Below, one piece after another: positions 48,776 to 61,575 of a stretch of 64,000 nt of DNA (positions are counted from its first letter, which is position 1; each line of letters begins with the position of its first letter). Below the pieces are notes generated by a model. The model was not told the DNA's origin. It saw only the letters and a list, made by a program, of their open reading frames with translations, and ran no database searches. The position numbers were made by a program, and so were the translations under genes. The stretch is from Isurus oxyrinchus (taxonomy: Eukaryota), in NCBI GenBank assembly GCA_026770705.1, contig JANJGN010000188.1, forward strand, positions 620,001 through 684,000, read 5' to 3'.

Positions 48776-49960
48776 CAGAGAGCCTTTAATCGCTGGAGCA
48801 TGTTCTGTTTTTCTGAGATCCTGGTTGTTTGGTGACTACCTCCATATGTACATTTTTCTCTTATATTCCTTTAAGACCACTTTTAAAGAAAACTCTTTGA
48901 ATCTCAGATTTAAAATAAAGCAATGCGTTAAACATTAATTACCGTAATCAGAAGCTCCAGCGTCATTTGTGTGTAGAATTATTTTCTAATTCCCCTGTTA
49001 AAATCTCTGGCTTTAATTCTTTGACTGTGACCTGGGACCTTGATTCCCAGTCAGCAGCCGTAGTTTATCGGCCGATCTTATCCGTTCAACGCTACAAACA
49101 AAATATCAAATCCCCCCTGCAATCATGAGGAAGGAGTTCGGTAAAGGGACAGTCAATGGGATAAATGTAGGGACTGAGTTGTTGTTTGGTGTCGGGAATT
49201 GAAGACAGTTAGGAGGGAGTTCAAGAGACAGTGTTACAGAGGAAGAAAACTGAAAGATTGGCGAGGGGCAAGAGCGAGGGATATGAATGACGTTCAGCAT
49301 CTTTCAAATGTTGCTCAATGAAAGACAGAAGGAGAAATTAATCTCTGAGCCAAGGAGCTGCTGATCCGTGCAGTGACCATAAAATAGAATTGAAATTTGC
49401 AGAATCATGGTTTTTACTCAGGGAGAGGTAATGGGACGAGCAAATAAATAAAAGATGGAGGATAGTTGGCAGGATATTAAATAGCTGACGTCCGGAAACA
49501 AGAATACAAGGGGGAAAGTAAATTTTAAAATCCGTGAAAAATGATAGCAGAAATTAGAATGTAAGTCACTATGTCATGTTACTGCCACCCTTTTAAAGAT
49601 GCACTTTTGCCATTGGATTATTAATGAATTCTGGCTCGTTACTCATTACTAAATTCAGCATGGCCGGTTCCTCTCGCTTTCATAGTGTCTTGTTTCAGCA
49701 AACTGCTCTTGGTTGAAGCTACCGAATCACCGATTTTCCGATTCAAGCCAGTTTAGGTGAAAAAAACCGTTTTTTATGCTAAAACACACACAGGAACGTC
49801 GTCCAACTATTGCCATACAGTTTCTCACACTCACACACCTCTGAAAACAACCGCTGTTCCTTTACTTGCACGAAATGTCTACTTTATATCAACCAATTTC
49901 CAATTCTAAAGCCGATTCAAATTTTGTGTGCTTCCTTTGTGTTAATTTGTAATAAAATGC

Positions 49961-50032
49961 CTCCCCGTCGGTGAGTTCAACCCCTACCTCCCGCGTGACA
50001 GACGGCGTTACTGACCACTATAGTAACGAGGA
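49961..50032 (-). pseudogene. tRNA-Asp(GTC) pseudogene
   Basis: Reverse complement TCCTCGTTACTATAGTGGTCAGTAACGCCGTCTGTCACGCGGGAGGTAGGGGTTGAACTCACCGACGGGGAG. The B box and stems are broken. Paralog of 972-1043. Confidence 0.9.
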
Positions 50033-52700
50033 ATAAACATAAATTGTTCGAAGTAAAGGAACCTGGGGTTAGTTTCACACTTTAACAAATGAAATCGAAG
50101 AGTTGGTCTAATGTGGGGCTGCAGGGTGTGCCTTCAGTGATCCCAGAGAGAAGGATGGCAGGATAAGCTCTCTAAATGAAGTCACCATGTCTCAATTCCA
50201 ATCTGGGTTTTATGAAACGAAAACAGAACATGCTGGCAAAACTAAGCGTCTCTGACAGTAGCTATAGTGAAAAAGGTAAAGTTAACTTTTCGAGTCCATA
50301 GAGTCATATGGACCTGAAACGTGAACTCTGCCTTTGTCTCCACAGATGCTGTCAGAGGTGCTGCGTTTATCCAGCATTTTTTGTTTTTGTTTCAGATTTC
50401 CAGCATCCACAATATTTTACCTTTAGCTGGACTTAATGATGCTTAATAACTCACAGATTGACAGAATTACTGAACAATACAAATTGAATTGTCGCATGCT
50501 CAGTACAGTTATATCCTGAAGAATTCCTTGTGAGTATCGTGGTTCCATTTCTCAATGAGAACCTGCGGCCGACAGTGAGACCTGCGCATGTAATACTCAC
50601 ATCATATTTCCAGGAAAGTTGCCAATTTCGGCGATCACCAGACTTCCGATCTTATTTATTAATTTCAATGTATTTATATCATGATTTTTGTTTGTCAAAG
50701 CTTTCCCGCCACTGACTGGTTTGTAATAGGCAGGTTGATTTTCTTCCCTTTTTTGAATATGGATGGAACATTTGCAATCCTCCAGTCCTCTGGCACCAAT
50801 GGATGACTCTGTCTCTCTCTCTCTCTCTCTCACCACATTGCTACCACTACTTCCTCTTCTCCCATATATTTTCATAATAGCAGTTTGCATTTTTATATAT
50901 ACTTGATTGTTTTTACACAGAACGATAATTATTCTCGTTTTGGTGAGTCAGATTTATGAGAACACACTCTACAATATTGATACGATCAATAATTACTTAT
51001 TATAATTATGTACATGAATATTGCTTACAGTATTCCAAATATGATTAAATCTGAGGTCGATGCCTGTGGCACAAGGGAGTTGAAAACATGTGTATGGTGA
51101 GCTGTTGATGAGCTCCAGTCCATTGTTTGTTGTAGAAACTGTTTGTTGGAATTTCACTCTGGCTAGAATTGATTAGATGATTAGATTACACATGATTGAT
51201 TAGATTACTAATCCATTGGTATTGCAAGACAGAGAAAGAGAGATGCTATCCAATTGGCATAAGACGGGTTCTCTCTGATCCACTGCCTGTGAGCATGTTC
51301 ACAGGAAAGTCGAGGGCGAGGGCTTAATGCGACCTGTCGGTGAGATCTGATTTCATGTAATGGAGAGAGAGTTCCACAAGTACTCACCCACTTTTCATCT
51401 TCAGGCCTGCTGTCAGTGCCCCCTAAGAGAGCAACAATGCACGGCATGAACTGCAGCTTTCCAGGAATCACAGTTTCAGTGGGGAGATGAAAGTCACAGG
51501 TTACATTCTCTGCCTAACCAGAGGAATCCAAAGGCTATAGATGCAGCAGGCATGAGATGGATGGTGGATGCGGAGGTGGCGGGGATGATCTACATACATT
51601 GCATGACATCCAATTGCAGAACCTGCACCAGGTTTAGGGGTGGCGAATTCAAAATTCACACAACACCGGTTCAGGTGTCTCAGACAACACATCATAATGT
51701 TTCAGGGACACAGCAACCACACACTGTAGTGTTGTGCCCTAGTCCAAATGTTAAATTTGAGCCGCAATCTCTTGTTCTCTGCACGCAGAACACCATTCTC
51801 CAACCTTAGGCCTTCCAATTCACCCAGAGTCTCTCATAGGCCAGAGTGTGCATGTCTACCGAAAAACACCCGGGTGTCTCACCCCTGGTATTTACGGAGA
51901 TGGGTAAAGTGGTGTTGGATCTGTGATGTTGGCCCATCCATGTCCATTTCCAACCCATGTAGGTTCAGCTGCTGCCAAATGAAGCTCAACCATATGTGGC
52001 TGTGAATGCAGCTGCTGAGGGGCTCTGTGTCTCATTGGCCTCATGTGTGACTGTTTTCATTCTGACTGAAGGTGCAATGATAAGCCTAATCCTCACGTTC
52101 CCTTGCCACCAACTCTCTGGCTGTCTCACCTGGCTCCTTTCAGCTGTCACTGTGCACACTGTCCATTTTCAGGAAAGCTGACTGCCGCTCGGTGCCACTG
52201 CTGGAGGTTGATACAATCCTGATGCAAGGTAGTTGTAGCTCCTCCTCCTCATCCTCCATCTTGTCCACTATCCCTGCACACAGCAGCCGGCTAGTCTCCA
52301 AACTAGGCCCAGGCGAATGACAGTATTTGATTTTTCTTTTCTGTGATGAGCCACAACCATTGCCATGTAGTCAAGCAGCAGGAGGCTGCACACAGCCCTT
52401 GGTCTTCAATTGATTCATCATCTGTACGCTCGTTCAGCTGCATATTAGCAGTGTGCTGGGGGGGGATCTTCAACTCGATCCTTAACTCTGTAAGAGTGAC
52501 ATTGGAATGCCTGAGAAATCAGTCAATTCACAATGAAGATGATTGACTGGAAGGATTCTTTGTTCATCGCTTATCGCAGCTTTTATTATCTGCCTCAGTA
52601 ACAGTGCAATGATCATTGCTTTAGCAGCGCTCGCAGACAAGAGCATAAAACATGATCTGAGTTCACTATTGCAGGCAGACAAGTCCATCCTTTAACGGAG

Positions 52701-53110
52701 ATGGCTCATACCAAACACGTGGCCCATAAATTCTCTGGTGGCAAAGCGCCCAAGAAGCAGCTGGCCACCAAGGCAGCCTGGAAATGTGCCCCCTCCACTG
52801 ACAAAGTGAAGAAACCTCATTGCTACAGGCCGGGTACAGTTGCACTCCAAGAAATCCACCGATGCCAGTATTCCACAGAGTTGGTTATCCGTAAACTGTA
52901 CTTCCAGCGTCTGATGAGGGAATTTGCCCAGGGCTTCGAAACTGACCTGAGGTTTCAGAGTGATGCAATTGGAGCTTGGCAGGAAGACAGTGAGGCCTAC
53001 TTGGTTGGCCTGTTTAAGGAGACTAACCTGTTGCATCCATGTCAAAAAAGGTGTCCGTAATGCCCACAGACACCCAGCTGGCACGACGGATTCCAGGGGA
53101 ATGTTATTCA
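52701..53110 (+). pseudogene. Histone H3.3-type processed pseudogene, copy C
   Basis: [49 protein letters not shown]...[21 protein letters not shown] with a late frameshift. S31 and AIG are H3.3 signatures. AATAAA at 53301 and A-rich tail at 53321-53340. Confidence 0.92.
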
Positions 53111-53560
53111 TTATGTTTTCTCCAGACGATTTTGAAGTGACATTTAAACAATTTCTAAAGCATGGACTGTAATCTTGGCTTTTTGTGGCGGCTGGGCCTT
53201 TATTTGATTTCGTTGTTGGTGTTGAGTATGATCATGTCCTAATGTGGAAACAGCAAAACAATTTGCAAACATTCCTTCGAGGTCTTGGCTCAGTTTGAAA
53301 AATAAAACATGTGAATCTTTAAAAAATAATAAAAGAAAAATGCCGACTTTGACGTATACACTCAGGTCTAAACGGACATGTCGAAGAAACAATTGTGCAG
53401 TGTGATTTCGTTAAACAGTTTTCTGGCCAGTTATACACTCTACGATGGTTGGCATGACCCCAGGCTTATTCAATAATATACCTTTTCCCTGTCAAATGCG
53501 TTCAACTTCAGTGCGGCCTTCCCTATGTTACAGTCGGAGAAAGTAAAGAACAAAACTTGC

Positions 53561-53782
53561 AACTTCGTCTCCAACTTTTCCCCAAGAACTTCACTGGTCC
53601 TCCCATTTTACGTGGCCCGTCCCCCATTCCTCTCTATCCTTCTGGTCGCTCACGGCAAGCAGCGGCTCAACCCTGTTCAGCATCTGTGCGATGCAGAAAA
53701 CCAGGCACAACCTTTGAGTCGCTGCGGCTGGATCTGCCGTGGTTACCGAGTGCTCAGCACCAATATGGTCACTGATGTCCAC
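53561..53782 (-). pseudogene. BEN gene relic, first coding exon, copy C
   Basis: VDISDHIGAEHSVTTADPAAATQRLCLVFCIAQMLNRVEPLLAVSDQKDREEWGTGHVKW..., then a gcaagt donor. Confidence 0.5.
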
Positions 53783-54059
53783 ATGGCTGATAGGGAAATT
53801 AATAATAGTGGACAAAGCCTGATAAGAACCTGCTGAGGGAGTGAGATTGTCAATGGTCAGAATCGCAGCAATGGTCATAAAAGACCGAAAATTAGTGGCC
53901 GGATGTTAAAAGATCTGGGAAGACTTTATGACAAGAATTGGTGTGACTATACCGTTTTGTATGATCTCTATTGGAATGCAGATGTTTCGAGACCATTTTC
54001 AACTGTGTTTAAATATTAAACTTCAAGACACTTTCCTCTATAAACTAAGTTGAACATAC

Positions 54060-55050
54060 AGAGCGCAGAAGCGAAATGGAACAAACTTTGAGACAGTGTC
54101 TCCAATGCCACACTCTAAACATATGTGTAGCAGTATCGGGAAAGCACTGATTGCTTCGAGGCTAGCATCACTGTGGTCGAAGCTGCCATTGAAGCCAAGC
54201 GGTCCATTCATTATTTACAAGAAAGATTCGAATAACAAAACTCTGAATGCCGTAGGAACCATTTGAGGTAAAAGTCCAACATGCTGCCAGGTGGTGCATC
54301 AGTGACTACTGGCTATAAAACTGCCAGAACATTGAGATGTCCTTCCACACAGGGGTGTCGGTGTTGGGGAGTGTGGGGGTGGGGGTGGGTGGGGGTGGAT
54401 TAATGGATCAAATAGGCAGCAGATTCATCAGCAAAACAAAAATAACATAAATGAAATCAACGCCAGTGGAAGCCATCACTTGCTGCAATAAATAGCTGGA
54501 CAGATGGTGGAACTCCTCCTTGAGGGACATGATAGGGTAAACATTGTCACCTAGGAAGATCTAGACACGGGAGAAAGCCTGCCTGCCTTAGCAGAGCTGC
54601 ATGTCGAAGCGACGGTGAAGACCTTAGCAAACATACTCAATCGCTTGCCATAGGCAAAGCTGCAGATGTTGATACTAGCCCGCCTGCACTCAACAAACAC
54701 AGAAAATAGGCATTCCTGCTGCAGCTGCACGAAGTTCTCTATCTCTGCTGGAGCGAGGGGGCAGTGGCCAAGGAAATGTACAATGCAAATATTGTGACGC
54801 TGCGCAATAACAAAAATGGCCACAGTGATTGCAACAACTATCCAGGCATCACCCTGCTGAGCATCATGGGAAAGGTATTTGCACACGCTGCCCTTGTCAG
54901 ACTGCCGATCTTGGGAGAACGCCTCTCATCCGAATCCACGTTTGGTTTCATAAGTGAAAGATTTACAATTGACATCACCTTCTCAGCCCGGCAGATGCAA
55001 GTAAAATGACGTGAACGAATGCCTTCACCTACCTCACCAAAACATTCGAC
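54060..55050 (+). mobile_element. RTE-clade LINE fragment
   Basis: NANIVTLRNNKNGHSDCNNYPGITLLSIMGKVFAH...ESTFGFISERFTIDITFSARQMQVK, the RTE RT N-terminal motifs. Confidence 0.85.
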
Positions 55051-55569
55051 AATATGAGCGAAGCAGACTATTTCTTTGTTTACTATATCAATTACAAATC
55101 TCATTGGCCTTTGTACAATGAGCCATTTGTATCCTGCCCACCATCCTCACAGACTTCGTAATTCCCAATTGTTACATTTATGCCTTTCTTCAGTTTTGAT
55201 GAATATTGATTGGATGAGCAGTTGGCTCCATTTATTTCCACAGATGGTCCTGGCATTATGAGAAATTCCAACGTTTTTAGTCCCTTTCATGTTTCCAGTG
55301 TGCACCATATTTTGTTTCTCTATGTGGCAGGATGGAGGAATCAGATTCAGGTAGAACTAAAGAGAACTGATTTCACAGGATGATGGGGAACAGCTGAATT
55401 GTGGGCCAAAACTGACAACACTTTCCAAGGCTCGAGGGGCAGAAATGCTTCTTTCTGAACGGTAGGGTTTTATGATTCCACGAGTTATTTTCTACATGAA
55501 CTGCTGGATTGAGAAACGGCCGAAATCGTGAAGGTGATGGAACAATGATCCCCAACAATTATCTGATGT

Positions 55570-55970
55570 TCGGTACCAAGCACTTTATGGACATAAGAAG
55601 GCTGCATTTGTCCAGCTGTGGTGAGAGAAATCTGGAAGATGTGTTGGGCTTGAGGAGGCTCCAGAGAAGGGGAAGGGCGAGGTCATGTAGGGATTTGAAT
55701 GTAAGGATGAGAATTTTAAAGTTGAGGTACTGACAAGCCAGGAGCCAGTGTGGGTCAGCAAATAATGTGTGATTGGGGAAACGAAATTGGTTCTGGTGAA
55801 GTTTCGGGCAGCAGACTTGTTGATGAGCACAACCATATGTAGGGTGGAAGATGGGAGGCTGGCCAGGGGAACAGTTGAATAATCAAGTCTCAAAGATGAG
55901 GGTTTCAGCAGCTGATGAGCTGAGTGGGGCTCGGAGTTGGGTAACGTTTCAGATGTGGAAGGACAGTGCA
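55570..55970 (-). mobile_element. L2 LINE 3' fragment
   Basis: RLDYSTVPLASLPSSTLH...NKSAARNFTRT...SPIT, the L2 ORF2 C-terminus. Confidence 0.8.
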
Positions 55971-57079
55971 TTCAGCTGACAACATTCTGCTGATAACATT
56001 CTGACATCTTGTCCAATATCATGTAGTTTAGTCAGGGATATTGTGGGTGAAATGAATACAGTGTCAGTCATTATTGTCGAATGTATCCTTAGAAAAGGAC
56101 TCTATCCAACTAAGTTCTGTTGGTGAATCATATTCTACTCAAAGCATGAACTCTGTTTTTTCTTTCCACAGATACTGTCAGAACAGATTGGAGCATTTTC
56201 TGGTTTTCAACAGAATCAGCAGTGGTTTTTTTTTTTAGCCCCCTAAGTGTTCTTTACAGCTGAGTTATTTTAATAACACCCAGTGTTTTGTTGGACTATT
56301 TCAGGGGTCATTTAAAGGCACTGTGCCTGGAGACACATGTTGACCAATTCATGGTGAGCATGACCGATCTGTAACCAGTGACCTGTGTCTGATTCCAGCA
56401 ATGCGGCTGATCTTTACTTAATGTAGCATGTGTCTGATATCTGACCTAGAATTCAGAAACAACTTTTTCCATACATGACAGGCCTCAGATGACAGGCTTT
56501 CTTGGATTAATGAATAATGTTGCTGATTTATAAAGAATTGTTGTTTTCAAACATTATTTTTAGAAGGAGATATGTGTGAGCAGAAGGTGTAGGGAAATAA
56601 TTGCGGGTAAACTGAAAAATGGGCCGGGGTTGTGTTATTCGTCCAGTCCTTGAATGGGTCTGACGCCGGTATACTGGGCAAACCAAGAAACAAACGTGGC
56701 CCAACCTGCGGATGTAACCAGCATTGTCTGAATTTAATACTGGTTAAACTGGCCGCTATAATTCAATTGCTCTGGAGAATTGAACAATGTTTTTGATCTC
56801 TTGGGAATCGCCTCGCGCCTTTTAGCTATTGTATTCAGTGCTTACATTTCAGGATTTTGTATCATTTTAAATAATTCAGTTAGAACAGGATATAGTGCCA
56901 ACAGCTGAATCTCACACATGGGAACAGATTAATCTCATAGTTATTACTAGGAACTAGGACAGTAATGAATGTCTGTAAATACCTTTCACGGCCTCAAACA
57001 TCGAACTCTTTTTCCCAACTCATTCCACTCCGCTCATTTCTGGTATCATTACATGAGTGAAACTTTTCGGACAGTAAAC

Positions 57080-57125
57080 AATCCTTTCACACAGACTGTG
57101 GAGAGCTCTGAAAAGAGCCTTTGGG
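57080..57125 (-). promoter_or_regulatory. Histone 3' stem-loop and HDE of the H2A relic
   Basis: Minus strand CCCAAA-GGCTCTTTTCAGAGCT-CTCCA...GAAAGGATTG, one mismatch to the 16-nt consensus. Confidence 0.9.
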
Positions 57126-57151
57126 CTTATTCAGCTGAACCTTTCTCTACA

Positions 57152-57557
57152 TTACTTGCTATTTGAGCTCACAGAGCTGCTATTCCTGGGCAGCAGCCCG
57201 GCCTGGATATTAGGCAGCGCCCCCGGCCTGCGCGCTGGTCACACCTCCCAGCAGTTGATTGAGTTCCTGATGGTTGCGGAACGACAGCTGTAGGTCTCAG
57301 GGGACGATGCGGCTCCTCTTGTTGTCCGGGGGTCGTTTTCCCGGCCAGCTCGAGGATTTCAGCGTCAGATACTCGAGCACAGCAGCCAGATTGACCGGGG
57401 CTCCGGCACCCACACGATCAGCATAATTCCCATTTCACAAGAAACAATGAACATGGCCCACAACGAACTGCAGTCCGGCCCGGGATGAGTGGAATTGGCG
57501 TTGGCCCGAGCTTTCGCGCCACTAGTTCCCGTTCCGAAATTTTCCAGTGCCAGACTT
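57152..57557 (-). pseudogene. Replication-dependent histone H2A pseudogene
   Basis: Start codon AAG in place of ATG, then SGTGK...SSRAGLQFVVGHVH...[30 protein letters not shown]...DNKRSRIVP...LNQLLGGVT...LPNIQAGLLPR...SK*. Multiple frameshifts and stops. Confidence 0.93.
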
Positions 57558-57732
57558 TTGCAGGGAATAACCAGATTATTCAGCATTTACTTTTCTTATC
57601 GACCGAGAACTGCTCTGATTGATCGGTCTTTAATGCACCTCATTTGCCTATATTTTCCCCCTATCTGATAATTGTGAAACAGAAGAGGTGTAGGAAATGA
57701 GAGGTTTAAAATAGAAGAGTTTTAAAACCTTC

Positions 57733-57838
57733 AATGTTCTGAAGAAGGGTCATTCGGATTCGAATCGTTAAATCTGTCTTTCTCTCCACGGATGCTGTCA
57801 GGCCTGCTGAGTTTTTCCAGCATTTCTTTTTGTTTCAA
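57733..57838 (+). mobile_element. Penelope-like terminal repeat with a minimal hammerhead-ribozyme-like core
   Basis: GTT-CTGAAGA-A-GGGTC-ATTCG-GATTC-GAAT-CG-TTA, followed by the common CTCTCCACGGATGCTG...CCTGCTGAG tail. Confidence 0.6.
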
Positions 57839-57839
57839 A

Positions 57840-59890
57840 TTCTTCTTCTTATCGTGTCCACGGCGAGTCTATACATGGCCCAGCCAGAACTGGACACATT
57901 TTTGCGCCTTGTTGTTTAATTCGGCAAGATTTGCAACAGTGCAGTTTCCTCTAGCGATCGCCATTGCAGGAAATGTTGCATCATCTGTGGCTCAGTTTCA
58001 TATTCGCAAGTAGTCGGGCTGGTTGCATATCCCTATTGACCTCGTGACAGCTTTGAACGACCTACACTAGTCCCAAGTCTTTTAAGGCACTTCCAGGGTG
58101 CCCAGTTGCAATTAGGTCCTGGGGAAGGCTTTCATCCGGTAGAATTTCCAGCACTGGGAGTTCTTTGAGACTGGCAAGCCGGTCCTTCCACTAGGCATTG
58201 TGGGCTTCGGATGGAGTTGATTGTAATGGAACAACACTGTTCATGAAGCTCTTCCTTGACTTTAGGCGGCAGGGTGTAGGTGTATGGTGTATGGTCATGT
58301 AGACTGTGCCTCTCACCTGATGTTTGATGGAGTCGCTCTTTCTTGCTGGTTACTATTCTTCATATATCAGGGGGAGTGATACCCGCCAGCATGTACGAGC
58401 TGTTGGTGTTTGTTGGTTTTAAGCAAACTGTGATAATTCAGCACCTTGCATTCAGAACGGCATCCATCTTCTTAGCATGAGTAAATATTTCCGATGCTGT
58501 GCAGGCGTATTCGGCAGTGCGATAAGAAAGAACAAGTGCACCGATTCGCAATGTTTTTGACCTTGCTCCCCATTTTGTGTTAGTGATCTTATTCAAGATC
58601 TTGTTTTGGGCCCTCACTTTTGCCTTTGTCTTTTCGATGTGGTTTTTGAAGGTGGGCCATCTGTCAAGGGTGACTCCTACGTAGATAGGGCACTCACAAT
58701 GCGTCAGTGTTGCTCCACACCAGGTTACTTTAAGCTGGCGTTTGGCTTCATGATTTCTGAAGTGGAATGTACAAACCTGAGTCTTTGATGCGTTTGCACA
58801 AAGTAAGTTTTCCTCAGAAAGTGTTTTCTCCACAGCGTTAAAATCAGTGCTTTGGGCAGTGACACATAAGGCATCAGCATATATAAAAAGGCGTGTGACA
58901 CCGTCTATAAGTTGGTCATTCGTGAAGACATTGTACAGCAGTGGTGCAAGCACGCTTCCCTCAGGAAATTCATTGTTCTGAATATGCCATCTGCTGCGCT
59001 TCCCACTCAGTTCAATATAGAACAGGCCACTCTGAAGCATGATTTCTAACAGCTCTGTTAAATGAATATCTTTTCTCATCTCAAGGATCTTGTGGATGAG
59101 ACCTCTATGTTTCACTGTATCGTATGCTGCTGACAGGTCTACAAAAAACAGCACCTGTTAGTATCCGTTGCTCAAAACCATCTTCGATATGTTGTGTGGG
59201 GTTGAGCAGTTGACTTGTTGTTGATTTGCCGGGGCAGAAAACTGCTTGCTCTGGAATGATCTTCTCATTTACACTTGGTGCTATCCTACTGAGTATCAGG
59301 CATTCAAATAGCTTATTGGTTTGGCAAATCAGTGAAATGGGCCAAAAGCTCTTAGGATCTGATGGATCTTTTCCGGGCTTTAATAGTGCTATTACATGTA
59401 CCTTCTTCCAAATATTTGTAAGCTTGTGTTTTGCCAGACAGTGGTTGAATAATTGTAGGAGCCACTTTTTTGCTTGCTGTCCAAAATGCTTTATTTGCTC
59501 CGTTGCTAAGTTGTCAAGACCAATTTCTTTCCTGTGTTTTAGGCTAGATATAAAAGTTTCCACCCCTTCCATGGTGAATGGTCCAGTGAAGACAGGGTCA
59601 TCGCTGTACATCTTCCTATCTATTTGTACTCTTGGTTGTTTCTTGTCGATTTTTCCATTTAGGAGCCACTGGTGTGCAAATTGGTTAGCAGACACATTTG
59701 GATGTTGGGCAGCTTTCTTGGGGTCGCCTCCAAGTTTGTATATGAGAGACTGTGCCTTCATGTTTTTTCTTGCAAGAACTGCTCTCTCTACCAAGGTCTC
59801 CTAGGTATTTTGACGCTCTTGAGAGATACTTAACATCACTCTCTCACAGTTAGATATTGTTTCCTCTGAGAAAGGATCAGATTAAAATAT
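57840..59890 (-). mobile_element. Vingi/Ingi-like (I-group) LINE, 5'-truncated and frameshifted
   Basis: ALLKPGKDPSDPKSFWPISLI, FVDLSAAYDTV, GSVLAPLLYNVFTND, FIYADALC, YVGVTLDR, TKWGA, AEYAC. The 3' end is GACACGATAAGAAGAAGAA, a (GAA)n tail. Confidence 0.8.
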
Positions 59891-59939
59891 TGAAACATGT
59901 AGAGGAACAGGGCGACACAGTTATCAACATCGGCGAGGA

Positions 59940-61575
59940 GGGCTATGAAATTTTAAATGAAATTAGCAAAGAGAGAGAGGAGTGACTAGCTGGTTCAGGG
60001 GATTTAAAAATGGAGCAAAGCACAGATCCGGGTGAAATGTATCTCCTGCTTTTGATGGAGGCAAGAGATGTTAAATAAGGGGCTTAAGGGGCTCTGGGAT
60101 TAATTGCCAAATCCTCATTCGTCACAGGTGAGATGTCAGAGAATTGGAAGAATATCAACGGTGTCCCATTATTTAAAAAACATGATGATGGCACCGATCA
60201 GCAAAGTAGAGGCCGATCAGCCGAACCTAAGTGGTAGGTCATTACCACGAACGATTTATAGGGACTTAATATATAGGCAGTTAGAGGGACAAGGGCTAAT
60301 CACTGATCGTTGGCATGGATTTGTTAATGGAAAGTCGTGTTTGCCATACTTGATCGAATTTTTTGAAGAGGTTATTAGGAGTGTTGATCAGTGTAATGTA
60401 CTTTTGGCGTTTACATGGGCTCTAGTAAGGCTTTAGTACATCCTTCAAGGCCGGCCGGTCAATCAAATAAATACACATGGGATCCAAGGCAAAGTGTCAC
60501 GTTGGATCCTAAATTGGCTGAGAGGCAGGAAGCAGCGTGTCATGGTAGAGGGATGTTTATGTGACTATTAGTCTGTTTCCAGTGGGGTTATGCAGTGCTC
60601 GGTGCTGGTAACCTTACTGTTTAGGATGTACATATATGATTTGGAGTTGAATTTAGGGGGGTATGATCAAGAAGATCTCGGATGACACTAAAATTGCAGG
60701 GTGGTAAATAGTGAGATGAATAGCCCTAAACTCGAAGAGTATGTCAATGGACTTGGCAGCTGGGCAGAGTAGTGACAAATGGAATTCAACTCGGAAAAGA
60801 ATGAGGTAAGGCGCTTGCTGAAGGCAAAACAGGCAAGAGATTGCACTATGATGAGTAGAGCCGCAGAAAGTATTGAAGATCAGTGGGATCTTGGTGCAAA
60901 TATCGACAAATCCCAGAGGGTAGCAGAACAGGTCCACCAGTTGGTTAAGAAGGCATATGGGATAGGTGGCTTTATTAGTCGAGGCTGAGAATATAAGGGC
61001 AGTGAGTTTATGCTGGAAATCTACAAAACTATGCTGAGGCCACAAGACCTCTGGTCCTGATACCACGTTAAAGACAGAATGTAATTGAGCAAAGTGGGTG
61101 CAGAAGGAATATACGGGGATGTTACCTGGACTGGAGGGCCTGACCTATGAAGAAATATTTAATAGGCTGTTGTTCTTTCCCAGGGATCAGCAAAGTTTGA
61201 GAGCAGACGTGATAGCATTATGACGTCATAGATAGGGTGGAGTGAAAGATAAACTTTCCCTTTGTAGTGGAGTCAATAACCAGGGGCCAAAGATTGAAGG
61301 TAAGATGAAGAAGGTGAATGGGGGAGCTGAGGAGAATATATTTCACCAGGGGCATGTTAGGTGCACGGAATGCACTACTTGATTCGATGGCTCAGTCAAC
61401 ATGTCTTATAACACTTAAGAAGTTTTAAGATATTCACTTGAGTTACCACAGCCTCCAGGGCTCTGGGCCAAGGCCTGTCAAATAGGATTAGTGTAGCCAG
61501 GTGTTTGTTGATTGACGTGGACACGATGGGCCAATGGCCTCCTTCTTTGCTGAACACGCCCACGAGTCTATGAGA
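59940..61575 (+). mobile_element. CR1 LINE 3' ~1.6 kb
   Basis: HGFVNGKSCLPYLIEFFEEV, SDDTKIAG, MEFNSEK, and a 3' tail GACACGATGGGCCAATGGCCTCCTTCT. Confidence 0.92.

Larger units (their letters stand above)
44640..54050. repeat. Segmental duplication copy C (tRNA-Lys, Thr, Asp, BEN 5' exons, H3.3), truncated at an RTE LINE
   Basis: Collinear with D, B and A as described. Similarity ends at TAAACTAAGTTGAA ~54053. Confidence 0.9.

Noticed and set aside
56680-56765. Histone H1-type promoter (AAGAAACA box, TATA)
   Set aside because: The motifs are imperfect and no H1-like coding sequence follows.
59226-59804. 192-aa plus-strand ORF
   Set aside because: Antisense shadow of the LINE RT frame.
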